From contig CM120643.1 of NCBI GenBank assembly GCA_051362555.1, positions 10,850,001-10,914,000 on the forward strand: a stretch of 64,000 nt of DNA, read 5' to 3'. This DNA is from Lingula anatina (lineage: Eukaryota; Animalia; Brachiopoda). Shown here in pieces: positions 47,818 through 62,339 of this stretch; position 1 is the first letter of the stretch, and every line of letters begins with the position of its first letter. Made by a program: the position numbers and the translations under genes. The notes beneath the pieces are model-generated. The model had not been told where the DNA came from. It made no database searches and saw nothing but the letters and a program-made list of their open reading frames with translations.

Positions 47818-48858
47818 TTAAGTATCAACCTCGTTACTACTGCCATTTCGACAGGCGCCAAATATGGTATTGTCAAGAAGGAGCTGACGAAACTTCCTGC
47901 TACAGAGGCAGTAGATGATGAAATTAGTTGAAGCGTTTATTACCAGTAATAATGCACTGAGTTGGTAATAGACGGGAAACCATTCCGATGTCATGACACT
48001 TGGTTGATCCACGTAGTATAATATCTGTAATATAAAATCACATGTCTGGCAACACACGAACACTAGGACCACGCCCACCAGCATTGACGTCATACCATTG
48101 TTCTGTTGAATTCTCCCCGTGAGCGAGACATGGCGCCGGTTTCTGTTCCCTATGGCAATGATAAGACTCGAGTTCACAAAAGTCAGAATGGCCATGGGAA
48201 TGAAAAACATGACCAAAGCGTTAAGTATCATGACGTACAAGTATTGGTATACCGCAGACGATGCCCAATCTCGTGCTTTGGCCAAGGGTACCAAATGCTC
48301 GAGATGTGTATCAAAACAGACGCCGAGTTCCATTTCAAAACAACGGGGTACGTTGTAAACGACTGTGGCGATAAGAACAAAAAGCACGTTCCTTTTGGCC
48401 TTTCCCAAATCGTTGATACGACGAGGCCCTGCCTTCCAAGGCTGACACACCATCATGTAGCGGTCTGCCGTCACCAGCACTATCAGCCATATACTTGCCT
48501 GTTGTGATATATACATCAGCGGCTTCACCGCAAGCATCAAATGGGCGTATATGTCTTTGTAATGTGGAATAACTCCTGTATACATGACTATCCCAAAAAG
48601 ACTTAGGAAGAAGAAATGACACAGCAAATACAGGGAGTCCGCGATCGCTAAAGCTTGGAGAGTGTACGAAGTCGTACTCTTTGGCGTCTCCTTGCAGAGC
48701 ACCAGGAAAGAGATGGAGTTCCCTATTAAGCCTAGTGTTATCAGTGGTATTCCTGCGACGGACTGGACGTAGAATAATAAAGAAAATTCCCAGGGTCCTG
48801 TGCCCTGTCCCTGGCAAAGGGCGATGGCGTTTTCTGTAGTATTATTCATGGTCACCAT
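47818..48858 (-). CDS. Rhodopsin-family peptide GPCR, FMRFamide-receptor-like, single coding exon
   Basis: Seven hydrophobic segments with GLIGN (TM1), LAIAD (TM2), SIWLIVLVTADRY (TM3), YNVPRCFE (TM4), FFIP (TM5) and INASTNFIIYCLCSRKFR (TM7/H8). N-terminal N-glycosylation sites (NNTT). Acceptor atttcag at 48875-48881; first in-frame ATG at 48858. Confidence 0.9.
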   Translation of the reverse strand: MVTMNNTTENAIALCQGQGTGPWEFSLLFYVQSVAGIPLITLGLIGNSISFLVLCKETPKSTTSYTLQALAIADSLYLLCHFFFLSLFGIVMYTGVIPHYKDIYAHLMLAVKPLMYISQQASIWLIVLVTADRYMMVCQPWKAGPRRINDLGKAKRNVLFVLIATVVYNVPRCFEMELGVCFDTHLEHLVPLAKARDWASSAVYQYLYVMILNALVMFFIPMAILTFVNSSLIIAIGNRNRRHVSLTGRIQQNNGMTSMLVGVVLVFVCCQTCDFILQILYYVDQPSVMTSEWFPVYYQLSALLLVINASTNFIIYCLCSRKFRQLLLDNTIFGACRNGSSNEVDT

Positions 48859-49434
48859 AATCCTCAATGATCATCTGAAATTTAAGTGTATAATAAGACA
48901 TATCACCTACATGTATGACAAAAAGAGCTTTTCCGGCCTTTTAGAACGTATGATTCTCTGCAAAACATATGCTATTTCCTGGGGTTTTTGTATTGTATTG
49001 AACTGATATTACCAGGGCCATAAAGTCAAAATCGCTTTGTACCGTAGGCACAAACACAGTGTAAAACATAACGGTGGTATTTAATTGGATTCTAGAGATT
49101 AGTTATTTAAATGAAGTCTGGTCAGTTTTTATCCACCCGGTATGCAATAACTGTATCTCATTCACGCGTACCAGATTCATGTCTATAAATAAATAAATAA
49201 GGGAGGAAACAGGAAAATGTTGGTTACCTTCCACAATTGGACAAATGTCAACCATGTACATGTGAAACTGATTGCTTACTTGCATCAGATCAATCAATTA
49301 CCGCCACACGAATACGGACAAGTATACGGGCTCCGTATCATATAGGATTACCAGGCTTGAAACAAAGATTATAAAATTTGAGCTTCTAATTAAGGTGTGA
49401 ATATTATCTTTAGCTACTGAAATAAATAAAATTG

Positions 49435-49652
49435 CTCATTCCCATTGTTCTAATTAGATCGATCCAACTCCTCATGGACTCTCGCTGAATGCAATCAGAG
49501 TAACATATTAACACGCCTCTTCTTGGCGTTTATTAGAAAACACAAATGCTGGTTATTATACGAGCACGCTATTAATCTGAATTGCATTCAGCAAGAGTCC
49601 CCGCGGAGTTGGATCGATCTACATAGAACGATAGTTTCATTGGGAATGAGTC
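49435..49652. mobile_element. MITE related to the 32.7-kb and 62.3-kb elements
   Basis: TIRs ctcattccca / tgggaatgag and inner inverted repeat agatcgatccaactcc / ggagttggatcgatct. Confidence 0.55.
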
Positions 49653-49950
49653 CCTAGAGTTTATAATGTCCGGTCCATGCTTAATGAACGAACTATGGAC
49701 CGAATATTGGTCGTAACTTTTAGACAAAAATACTATAGTTTCCTCTTGACAATGGTTTTGAATGTCACCCTGTTTAACGTATACCTCCCAACGGTTGTCA
49801 TTCTTTCTTTTTGTTAGTAGAAATGGACCTTCCGGTGCCTCGTGCATTAGTGAAAACACTATCAATCTCAAGTAACGCGCTTGTGGTCTTTGAAGTGTTA
49901 ATTCATGATTTGATGGAAATGGAGAGAATGGGCTTTAATCTACTAATTGT

Positions 49951-49954
<4 letters not shown>

Positions 49955-50008
<54 letters not shown>
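49955..50008. repeat. (AT)n microsatellite
   Basis: Direct inspection. Confidence 0.9.
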
Positions 50009-50013
<5 letters not shown>

Positions 50014-51069
50014 AAAAATCCACATCTAAATTATCTGTTACATGTGCCAAGCAGTTGCATGTTTAGTGGTCTTTTATGTACCCACAGTAAGCGTCTGTGT
50101 TGTTCAGCGAAATATCAATACTGCCAGAGATAACTACGAAACAAAGGTTACGAGAATTCTCCCACCTCGAATACGAACTTCAGCATATATCTCATAATTC
50201 GTACGTATTTTAAGGCCAATATGATGTTCCCCTTTAAACTAGCTCAATAAAACAAACACGCCACATTTTAAATGCATAACAAAATCAGAAGAAAGAATAA
50301 TGAAAGGTCGAGTGGGACTGTTCGCGACAAAATAAAACTCGTGCACTGAAAAAAAAATGAATAAAACCACTAGAATAACTTTAAATGCAATGACAAAAAT
50401 TCAGAATGTATATGTTAACATGGCAAATGTTGAGCTTCAATATATGTGTCCTGGTGGGATAGAAGATTTGCATTATAGGTTCTCCAATTTTCAGATAAGA
50501 TTAAATATATACACAATTAACAATTGGCATTAAAAAACGAACGGATGTATATGAAAAAATTCAGCTACACGATGCATATTGATGATATTGTCTCACCTGT
50601 GTACTATCATACTTCACACATACTTTACAACGGCTTTGACAAATACTGCAGCTGGCAGTGTGTCTTTTCAAACCCTCACAGATTTCTCAAATGGCGAAGT
50701 CCAACTGAATTGTTCTGAGTCTCAGCGTTGTTCGACTTGTAATGAAATCCCTACCACAAACCCGAACGCGATGTTCGGAATTGGCGAAGTTGAGCGGAAA
50801 TCGACGGAGCACCTGTGTTGTTCGTTTATATATGCCCTTCTGCCTATGCGCTCCTCCCAATGAACTGTCGACCAGCCTTAACTTTCCTGTCGAACGATTA
50901 ATAGCCTATATATCGGAACAGCTGCGAACCAGCTATGATATTGTACTAACTGCTTTTCGTGTAATGGATGGAAAAAGTTGGCGGAATGGTTCTGTAACAA
51001 GCAATTTTCTTTCATCACAAGGAGCAAAGCATATCACTGCTCTGACGTATCATGTGCTATATTTTATCA

Positions 51070-51070
51070 A

Positions 51071-51127
<57 letters not shown>
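51070..51127. repeat. (ATT)n microsatellite
   Basis: Direct inspection. Confidence 0.9.
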
Positions 51128-52593
51128 GCTTTTTAACTTCTGTTGCGTTCAGAAACATAAACAATTTAATATCGGGAGTTTTTTAATCTCCTTGCATATA
51201 CATATACATGTATATGAACATCAATATAGCTATTTCCTTCAGATACTTAACGGCCGTGATTACGGAACTGATAACATCAATTTAAGGCATGATATATGTA
51301 TATACTTATGGAGTCTTGTCAGTCTAAATGTTTTATCAGTGTCATTTCTCTTCGGCTGGTGCGTGTAATCACATTGTAACCACACCAATCTTATGTACGC
51401 ATAAATATGTCTATACGTGAGCGTGTTTGTATGCATACATGTGTGTTTGTGAATATTTGTGTGGGTGAAACAATGTATATCACTCCCTCTCTCTTCTACG
51501 TGTATCCATGACGTTGGCCGTCAAAACTGAATTAACCCTTCAAAACTGGAACAGGCATGTTAACGCACATTTGTCGAAAACGATATTTAAGTATATTATA
51601 AGTTTTATTTTACTCACTTTACTTAGTTTATCATTTTATTGGTAAAAAAGTAAATGCAGTTGGGGTAACAATTTTTGATATCGATATAGTTAATTTATAT
51701 ATAATTTTGATTTAAAGACCATTTGCTAAATTGTGTGCCCCACCATCCCAAAACTGATTCTCTCAGAGTCGCACAAATAAGCCCGATAAATTATTTAAGC
51801 TTATCTACTGAATGTTCGTTGTGAAAAATTGTCTTGATCTTTTTATGCGTAATGTGATATGTTTTATGTTTTGAAATGATGCACCTTCTAACTTTTGAAC
51901 TTTTCTAAATCATTAATATTTCCTCGTTACCTCTACTGTTAATTGCCTGATGATTACTAGAAAATCCCATTAGTCGCTAATTACCCTGGTACCATGAAAA
52001 TAAGCACATTTGTGTATTTGCTAACCTTATCACATCCGACTGCCGCGCATGATACGCTTACAGGGAATGGAATCGGTTGAAAATGCCATTATGTGTAGCC
52101 AATATCTAAATGTTTCCAATGATTTATTGCTAGTTGGATGCAGCGTTGGTTTCTTTGGCATTTTGCTGATAGATATTATCCTTCGTTGGGTTTTATTCAA
52201 TGGATATCCTCACACACCATGCCGATAGTCCATTTACAAATGACTAGTCTGAGTGTGTCGTCGTTGGAGGTGTGCTCGTTACCCTTTGGTGTTTCTTTCT
52301 CTTTATTTTGCCAACGGCAACCCAATTTGAAACATGAACACCAATGATTTAATGTTTTTAGCTATTATTTAGTTCGATAACTATCACATTCCCGTGATCC
52401 TCATGGAAGTTAATTTTAGTTCTCTCATTAGAAATCTGTTTTTAAAAGATAGAGATATGGGAACCATTTTGCATTGTGTACGCTGAATTTTCAAATAAAT
52501 AATGAAATCATGTCAGAGTCGAATTTTATGTCACATATATTCTCCCTAATTTCTAAACGGTCATGTCTCCCCTTGGTTCCTTTATTATCCGAG

Positions 52594-52667
52594 GGAAACT
52601 TGAGTCCCATATTCAACTCAGTGGAAGGTAAACTTCAGTCCCATATTCAACTCATTAGAAGGTAAAC
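52594..52667. repeat. ~34-bp tandem duplication
   Basis: aaactt(g/c)agtcccatattcaactca..gaaggt occurs twice. Confidence 0.7.
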
Positions 52668-55600
52668 ATTTTTAAATGAAGTACACTTACATCACAGTTG
52701 GGCGCTTTTTTCCGAAACTTATTATTAGTTCAATGAAGTTTGTAAACATACTTTGTCAAAATTATCAAAATATTTGCGCTGAAACTACACGTAGACCTGC
52801 GTGCTGTTTTGTATTAAATTATAATACATGAATTCGCATTTCCAACAATAATTTTCAGACAAAATAATAGCGCAAGGCGTTCTGAAACTTTGGCTATTTT
52901 GTTGTATCACAGTATCAGTAATATTGAAAAACATACAATGTGCAATATATGGTGACTGAAAATATAAGCCAAACGATATTTCATGCTAACTGTTTGTCGT
53001 CATGTAACACTCCAAACGAGAGAACCGTGTGCAGTTTATTTGACAGCCTTTGTACTAATGTTTACTTATTCATTACATTATCTTTTTGGGAATATTGTAC
53101 TAACAGAGCTGGTTTTCCTAACAAGGCCTACAAGCTACGAATCATTTATTCTTTTCTCTTTCTGTGGTCATGACGCTATTGAATACAAAAGCATTTTGAG
53201 CAGAAAGTAAAATGCAGAGCGCAGAAACCATTCTGCCAGTCATTCGAGATCTTAGTTCCCTCTAATGTTTCTTCTGGATGTAATAAATGTAAGAAATATA
53301 TGCCACTGACAAATCACTATAAATTATCTGTGATGGGTTTTCCCTTAAGTAGGGTCATTTAGCAAAATGGCTCCACTAATGGTGTAAGACTTGGTCATAT
53401 GTGATAACGGCTATCATGACAACAGAGTTCTTTTAATTGGCGATGTATGTGAGAAATAGGACATAACAAGAATTTATCGATATATTTTTTCTTTTATAGG
53501 ACCGTTGTTTTAGACATTTACTAAATGATCAAAAGAAAGGATCGGTTGGTTTACAAGAAATCGTTTCAAATACTGTAGACTTCCATAGGCTGTACACAAA
53601 TATACATAGTATATGCAAGCTTTACTCCTAAAATCATTGATACAGTGTACAATTTTATGACGATTATATTGTACTCCATGATATTTTTACTTTTTATTTG
53701 CACAAACACATATATACATACATACATACATACATTACTATAATACATAAAATGCCCATTTAAAATTCATTTGAAAAAAAAAAAAAAAAAAACTATTGAC
53801 TTTCAAAAGGTCGACACCCACTAAGTAATTTACATTGGAACCATGTCTTGATTCATTACAAATATAATAGCATAAAGTTTTATGTAGAAATTACTTAATA
53901 CTTCTACATTATTATAATATTGAAATATACACCAGATTATCGCTTGGTTTTGTGTTAAGGTAGCAGCATGTAGTGATAATTCCATGACCAAATAGAATTC
54001 CATAAGCATCTTATTTTTCAATTGTTTAATTTATGTCAAAGTTTGCTAAATCTGGTATCCGAATTACGATAATATTATCTGAATTTCTAAATGTATGTCA
54101 TTTACTGGAAAAAATAGAAACAGGTGTTAAAGAATGCTTTAGGTGTAAAATGATTGAGTAACCTCAATGATGACTTCAGCTCACTAAATTAAAAAATCGA
54201 CTTCAATTTTATTATGTCAAATATTTATAGTAAATATATACCTTAAGGGGCTTCGATATCTCTTGCTATGAGAATCACATTTGGTATAGATGATAGGTAT
54301 TGAATTCATTCTGAATTATGAGCAGAAGCATAAGAAATAAGAATAACATTTTGTCTTTTGCACAATATCAGCAAGTCAGCAGCCAAAATTGAATTAATGT
54401 TACACAATATACAGTACGTGCTTCATCTTGTATATACTCTCCATATTGAGATAACAGAGGACATTCATCATTTTCAGAGGACTTCGATCAATCGTACCGA
54501 TACCTGGAATTTTCGGGCTGTCTGCCAGACAAAGTAAATGTAGGGACTAGAGGGCCAGTTAGAAAGGTCGATACGCTGATCTCTGGTTTCACTGTAAGTG
54601 AAACACAACTTCCTGTTATCCATTTGGCCAGGTGCCCGCTTACCTAGAGCTAAGGCCTACAGAGCAATGGCCAGAGATTTGGAGTTTTGTTTGTACACAT
54701 ATTCTTACATGAATATTCAACGTTTGCCAACAAGAGCTTTTTTGTGCCATATTTCATAGAAGTAATAATAATAATAATTTATTTGCTAGAATCGCAACCC
54801 AAAGGTTGAAGTTTTTTCAATTTATCATAAATAAAATCATACGGAATTTAAAAGTAACTAGAAATTATAAACTAAAAGACCAAAGCTTTAAAACAAGACT
54901 TATAAGACAATTTGGGGCAGTATTTTACTTGAAATTTAAAAGACTGTGCATTATAAAGGATGATTTAAAACGCTCCGTTTTCACTCTTGGTATTAAAAGT
55001 TTGTTGGTGATCCTGAGATTTCTTGGATTTTTTTCTTTAAACAGATGGTGTAACTTATTAAAATTCTTGATTTTTGTAAAATAGTTCTTAAATAAAACGT
55101 CTCTTCTCTCCCTCAGAGAGGTGAGATTAATAGCCTGTAGGGCATCCTTTTAAGTATAAAATGGGTAAATAATTCTAAGAGCTCTCCTTTGAACAGATTC
55201 TAAGCATTCACATTGATCGGCATGCATATTCTAGGACTGATCCAATTATTGATTTATATAACTATTAGATCCTCAGTGGGAGTAACTTCGCATTATCAAT
55301 TGGTTGGGAGTAATAAAGAGTGACAGATACATTAAAGGTTTTTAGGCGAGTGGTTATAGTATCATTATAAAGCGGGGTTTAAACGATTGGCATTTTATAA
55401 CCTAAGTGCAGCAATTCTGATAACTAGTAAAAGTGCATTAGATGTAATCATTAACATAACAATAATCGATATCACACATGGAAGGCCATGGAAGAAAGAA
55501 ATCATTTCGTGTTTTTATTTCGCTTTTAGTCGAAAAAAAATTAGAAACTTATTACGTTATATACGTTTAACAAAGTTACAATGTATTAAAAATGAAGGCA

Positions 55601-57404
55601 AAATGTTCATTGCAAGAGGAAAAGTATGAATAAGCAATAAAATCCGTTTTTAATCGATACGAATCAAAAGAATCAAACTTATGGCATAGCCTTGAACTTT
55701 GGTTTCTGTAAAATTTTCAAACGAATATTTTCTCTTGCATTGAGTTTTCCAACTGCCCTTGCCATATAACTGAACACTTACTACATGTATAAGGCAATGT
55801 GTACTGTACACATTCATGTTACGGAATGATTGGAATCCAAGCACAAGTACGCCAAAATATGGTTTTCGTTTTACAGTAAGATATATGTACACACTCACAC
55901 ACTCTTTACAGATGGTGAGCTCCAGAAACCACATAATTGTTCTGTAAATTAGTGTTTTTTGGATCTTTGCAAGCTCGTTACTCCTCTGCCGTAACTACTC
56001 TAAAAACCTATTGTTACAAATATTGCGTTTCATTCAAGACTGCCATAGAAAAAAAGTGTCATGGTGAAATACATCGACCATCTTTCAATATTTTATCAAC
56101 ATAGTTCCAAAGAAGAAAAATCTTTTCTTTTGAATATTTTAGACTTACAGAATATGAATTTGCTTCTTTGAAAGATGCTTTACTGAATGCGTTAAGACGA
56201 ATGATTTTGCATAATAAACATTTACACGCAAATTGCTGTTTTTGCATGTATTTTGCATGCTACGTCAGTGATGCCGAATACATTCATGTACAAGTTCTCT
56301 TTTCATGCATTGTCGCCTTTTTTATTTTCTTTTATTTTGAATAGAATTACACGATAAACAACAGATCTTCTTACACTAAGTATGGCGGCATTGTTAGCTC
56401 GTTGAACGATCATTTGTCAATGCCAGTGTGACAGGAATGGTAGTCATCTACGAACCTAAGTCCGTTCCCCATTACTTTGTACAGGTGACATTTGTATACT
56501 AACTCCAATAATCGGACTATAACCCTAACCTGTACTAATCATATGGGATCCCGGACTTCCATTTCCAGGACTATCATTCCTTTCACACCGGGAATGCACC
56601 CGAGAACAACACTGCCATCTATATGTCGGTTGGAGCATTAAACACACTAAACGCCATTTCCATGAGTTATCTATGATTCTGGCGTTTCTTTAATACATGA
56701 AAATATTGCAACCAACAAATTTCATGTCTGGCAGCATGCATTTCAAATTCGGAGGAGTTATGTGTGCTTGTCGCTAGGTTTTAACTGACTCATGATAAAA
56801 TGCCCAGCTTACGATCCGCCACGGGGAAACCAGCTGCACTGGCAGTTTTCGATAGCTTTTACATTTCATCAAGTTGATCTAATCTTAATTTATTCTTTTT
56901 CCAGGTGAATTTTGAAACACAATGTTTGTGCTACGCGGACACGCGTAGGCCTACATTTGAAATTAAAGATGTCCTTATGTAGTTATTTTACACACTATTG
57001 ATTATCTCACAGCCCACATCTTATTTTAGCTACAAAAGTCTTTAACTGATCCACATTAGAAAACATGCAACAAAATCCTTTATAGGCCTATCTTTAACAG
57101 TCAGGACTAACGGTTTTTAGCTTGTTCTACGTATTGCAAAACATAACTGTGTGGGCTACCTTCATTTTTCTTACACCCCCTAATGTAAGGAAAAAGTCAA
57201 TGAATTACAACCGGTAGCGCACTCTTTTACCATACACACTGTAGCCTACCTGGTATATCGCATGGAGGTCTGTTTGCTTCAAGATGAACTAAAATGAATC
57301 AGCAATGATTATGTCTTACTATAATTGATCATATCCTTAATATCCTTCACAAAAAAAAATATATATATATATATTCGACAATTCACAAAAAAAAAAAAAA
57401 ATAA

Positions 57405-57451
<47 letters not shown>

Positions 57452-57452
57452 A
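57405..57452. repeat. (TAAA)n microsatellite
   Basis: Direct inspection. Confidence 0.9.
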
Positions 57453-57526
57453 AAAAATAAAACTTCAGTCGGTTTCCCTGACTAAGAGCTTGGTTACCAA
57501 CGTAATAAAGTCCTTACATCACTGAA

Positions 57527-58185
57527 GTCCCATTTCACGAAGAATCTAAAAGGTCGCTTACGTCGTTTTTTTGTTAGCTGCTAGTCGAGATGTCTAGCCT
57601 CCTCGGGAGGAGACTTATTAAGTCAGCAAGTTCAACTAAAACTCGGTAAATTACCTAGAGCATAACCAACAAAAATTTGGAAAGAACATACTTCCTTCAA
57701 GGTATTGTGTAATAATATCCTTGAATAGCACTGACATTTATTGAATATTTATAGAAAAAATAAAATGCATCATCTCCCAGCCGAGCGCGGGTTTGTTTAT
57801 GTTTTTGACTGCTAGACGTCCGACAGCATTGTTCCAAGACAAGCTAATGTTTTAATGTTACTTTAAAGTTGTATTGAAGTTAAACTAATCAATAACGTTC
57901 AAAAACAAACTTTGTTTATGTTTTGACTGATTTGTATTGTTGATAAACGATCATTCTCGACCGAAAGAGGCCATGAAACGTCATGTCTTGTGAAACTTTA
58001 GGAGTTTTACAACTCCTTTTCTTGAAGAGTTTCTCGTGCGCGTCGACTACGGTAAGCACACTGAGCTAAGACTTATAAGATTCTTTGTGAAACACTCCTA
58101 GTCGACTGCAGCGTAGTCGACCTAGCTAGGTCACTCAGCTCGAGCTAGTCAACTACGGATTTAAGATTCTTTGTGAAACGGGGGC
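57527..58185. mobile_element. MITE / non-autonomous Harbinger-like element
   Basis: TIRs gtcccatttcacgaagaatct / agattctttgtgaaacgggggc; internal tagtcgac(t) repeats; a related fragment lies at 25175-25215. Confidence 0.6.
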
Positions 58186-61100
58186 AAGATATAATAAATG
58201 TAATTTTGATGATAAAACCAAAATGGTGCAATCTGATACAGATACACGCAATTTGGTACAAGGCACGGTTATGGATGTGATTTTTTTTTAGCGAAATTGT
58301 TTGATTTCGCACGTGCAAAGGTATTAGTACGTACTGTTAGCTGAAATATAAAAATGCGCAAAACTTGTTTTTGCATGCATTGTAGGCCTATAATGATAAC
58401 ATGGGCATTAGTTTCGAAAAGTGCTCACCACGATTCCAGGATCATTGATCTTTAGTGATGCATTATGGGAGGCACGTGTGTTCAGATTTGATATAAAATA
58501 CCCTCTAAGGAAGCGATGTCTGTCCTTATTTTATCCCTTCTTACATTCGAATTTGCATTATGTACCAGTAGTCATCCTAAAACCCACTGGAATAAGGAAA
58601 CTTTTAACTGTAAGTTTATATCCACGTTTGTTTTGCACGTGTTCAGTTTAGTCAGCAGTTGGAACTGTAAAGTAAAAATTTTGTCAACTGGACGTTGTCA
58701 GTTGGATTGCTATGTGGATTGCATTTGTAATAGCTGACAAAATGTCAATAAAGACAACGCTTTTGTTTCCTTACCTAATGAGTTTTTAAAAATTTCTTTC
58801 ATTATTTATTTTCTTATTCATTTTGTACATGGATATTTCTGCATGAAATATGTCATGTAAGATGTTTTCGTCCATCTGATTCCGGTGACAACATATTGAC
58901 CTAAAATACCTTTAGGCCTACCTTTTTTATTTTAGGGGGATATGTGTTTTGTTGAGTCTATGGTAGTGTGAGCTGAGAGAAAAGAAAAAGTGGAGGACAA
59001 CCTGTGTTCTCTGCCAGTATGTACAGGGGTAAATACCATTACAAATGAAATAAATAGCAAATTTCTTTTATGCTTTAAGAAAGAGCATGAGACATTGTAA
59101 TAAGATATACAAAAATTGCGATAAAATTGGCCTGTCTGTATTTACGTGCGGCACATGTGTGTTAGTCGTAGATTTAATCTTCTTCTTTTTCAACTTCTTC
59201 TCACTTTTGGTGAATGAGTAATTTCCGCCTCGGGTTCCACTGTATCAGGTACGGATATTATTCTTTGGCAAGTCACGTAATAATTGTCTCCTTAGCAAGC
59301 AGAGCGACATTGATGCAAAAATAGAACGTTTTTTATTTGTAATTCCCATCCGCAATGATCTCATGTGAACCTAAACTTAAACGCCACATTTAGACATAAT
59401 GAGAGAAGTGTGGTAAGTAGGCCTGCCAATCCTTCATTAGATGTTCGTCTTAAAACAAATACAGGATGTCGAACAGCCAAGTGTCCTTCACATTCACGCA
59501 ACTATGGGGGCTGTTAACAATTAAGAAACATCAACAGGTGTATAAGACTCTAGAATATTCTACTAGTACCAACTCTAAAACAGGATTCAACTTAATTTTA
59601 AAGGCAGTTAATTTTTTTATGAGACATTCATTACACTTTACCACAGTAGTAATTAGACTGAAGTAGCAGACGCAAAACTAACGACTCAAAAGTCTCGCCG
59701 TCACCAAGCCCACAAAACACGCAATCCTTATTTCACGCCGCGTGGCTCATAAGAAACACAATAACACTGCACAAACACGGGTCAAAGGAATCTTATTTCC
59801 CGTGGTTTCTCAAGAAACCGGAAAAACCACACACGAATAGCTGGAACTTAGACTGGAAGATCAGATTAATCAGCAGATTGTTTAAATGACAGCGTTGCTA
59901 TAATTTGATGCCGCCAGCAACAGGTCACCAAGCGCATATATCAGTGACTTCATATCGGGATCCCGGCTTGGAATGTGAGTCACTGTAATTTAGGCACTCC
60001 CCCGTGGCGCATACCAGTTCATATTATCAATATAGATCAATGTCAGGCGGGGGCAAGTGATGACGCGGTTACCAATTTTAAGGCCTTAAAACCTATGTAA
60101 CTGTATGCAGACGTAGACAATAAGTGTCAGAATAGGCCTATATCTTAACCATGCATACACGCACCTGTGAATCCAATTTTTTTGTAATGTCGCTGAACAG
60201 GTGAGCAGAATGAGAAAAAAGGTTGACAGAGTATTATTATGATTTTTAAACATTTTATGTTCACATAAATGACAGCAGCGCCTTATATTTTTGCAGGCCT
60301 ATATGCAGTTCAGTATATTAGAATTGATTACTCCTGCGGGAGCGTATACATAATTTAATGTGTATATATTGGTGGAAACCAAACATGGCGGACACAAAAC
60401 AAGATAATTGGAAACCGTTAAAGCCGTGTATTGCGGTTATTGTAAAAGTGTACCGCTAAAGTCTGTACTCCGGTCCATTAGGAATCAATTAAATCCTTAG
60501 TTGTTAATGTATTGTGAAGCTGCGGGATACTGTTCTAAGGGTGATACTGGCGCTTAAAAGCCCCGATATGCTAACACTACCGCTATTCATTTATATCAAT
60601 TAGATAAAGATAAAATGGCGTATATGGATGTCACACGTTGGCCTGACCACAGTCACTCACAACTTGTCGCACAGTCATTCCGGCACGAGACTATCGTCCA
60701 TCACTTGAAACAATACTCATTTAAGGAATTTCCTTTGGGAAGGCAAGCCATTATATTCAAATATAATATAAACAGATATTGATATTCTATAATATTGTTG
60801 TTTCTCTTCTAGACATTGACACAGAATATATCTTAAACGTCAGGAACTTAAAGGGATAATAACTCTTCGTATAAGATCTATATTTTACGATAAAATCATT
60901 GTAAACAACTCATAGAAATATAATATATTCTGTTTTACCACAAAAACAGCAGTTATAGCTATTATTGTGATATCTGAGCTTGTTATCAGACCACGTGACC
61001 CCCATAGATGGCTATACTCTGTAATAATCTCTAAAGAGATTATAACATAAAACCAAACGTTTTAGAAAAAAACCAGGGACTAACTTTGAATGTAGAAATG

Positions 61101-61964
61101 GATTTGTTAACCATTGGTAAGTATGGAAAAAATGTTTTTTACTCCGGGAAAATTCATATTTTGGCCAAGACGTACAGTTATTATATCTTTAATCGTAAAA
61201 GCGGCAACGCGCATGGATCTTGACGAAAGTTACGATATTTTGTGAAAAAACGGTAGTCGATCACATCCTGTTACGTATTAAGTACAGGAAGCTTCGACCT
61301 GAATATATTGCACAAGATATAACGAACCCCTAAAGAAAAAAAAAATACTAATGATATAAATCGAAAGGAGTAGTTACTGAGTTCCCCTGAGTTCCCAATG
61401 GCTAAAATCTTTCGTCGAAAAGCCATGATAAAAAATGCTTCTCTTAAAATGTATCGTTTGCATTTAAGATGCATGTTTGTATTCCATACTTCATAGCATT
61501 GAACTAGTAATGAGACTGGGGATATCACGAATGTACCGCCATGTCGCGTCATTTCAATGGCTACAGTAACTTATGGTTATTTAGTAGTCAAGAAAAATAG
61601 GCGACCAAAGCTGTATATTTCTTCAGTTTTTTCATGTTATCAAGCACACTCTCCGATCAACGTAGATTATCTCCACCAAATGTTTTCGTGACCAGTAATC
61701 AAGTGAGTGATAATGGTTTTGTTTGGAGTGTCACATTGCTCGAAAAATAGGAGCGGTTTAGTGCAACAAAAACACGGTGTGACATATCATTCTCAATATT
61801 TTCCATTCTACTGAAAATGAATACATCTAGATAATAACTCCCTGTAATTCAAGTATGTAAATTTGATCTACGACCACCTGTGCTAAAACACGACACAGAC
61901 AAAATGAAAACTATCAACTTTCCCATGTAAAAGAAATAAGCCTCAACGCCAACATAAAGCAGAG

Positions 61965-62181
61965 CATCCGCTCTTTATGTTGGAATAAGTTACATGTTCC
62001 CCTGTAGAAAAAGAGAGAATACTATACAGTAATACACGAAATTTCGAAGTCTGTGTAAAGAATTCATTTCGAAATCTAAATGAAGTCCGCTACTGAGAGT
62101 AAGGAACAAAATACAGATGCTATATCAGTTTCTTTTTCAGTATTGCCAAAAACTATTATCGCCACGAAAAAGAGCGGATGC
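61965..62181. mobile_element. Small MITE-like element
   Basis: 13-bp inverted repeats gcatccgctcttt / aaagagcggatgc about 215 bp apart. Confidence 0.4.
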
Positions 62182-62339
62182 ATGCATATGGTCTTTGTAT
62201 AATAAATAACATGGCATCCCAATGTTGGCATAATTTTGTGAGACTTTAATTCAAACTAGTGTTTGCTGCGAGAATTAGGGAGTGGAAAACATATCCAATT
62301 ACCTACTGGTTATGACAGGTAAGCTGTTAAGGGTTAATA

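Noticed and set aside
48106-48817. Overlapping and antisense ORFs at the GPCR (133, 79 and 160 aa)
   Set aside because: Frame shadows of the GPCR CDS with no independent features.
50742-51368. 208-aa ORF with poly-Ile
   Set aside because: Held open by an (ATT)n microsatellite; composition is not protein-like and no domain is recognisable.
61949-61983. Hairpin resembling an intrinsic terminator or pre-miRNA
   Set aside because: The context is eukaryotic, the stem is too short for a pre-miRNA, and it overlaps the end of a MITE-like element.
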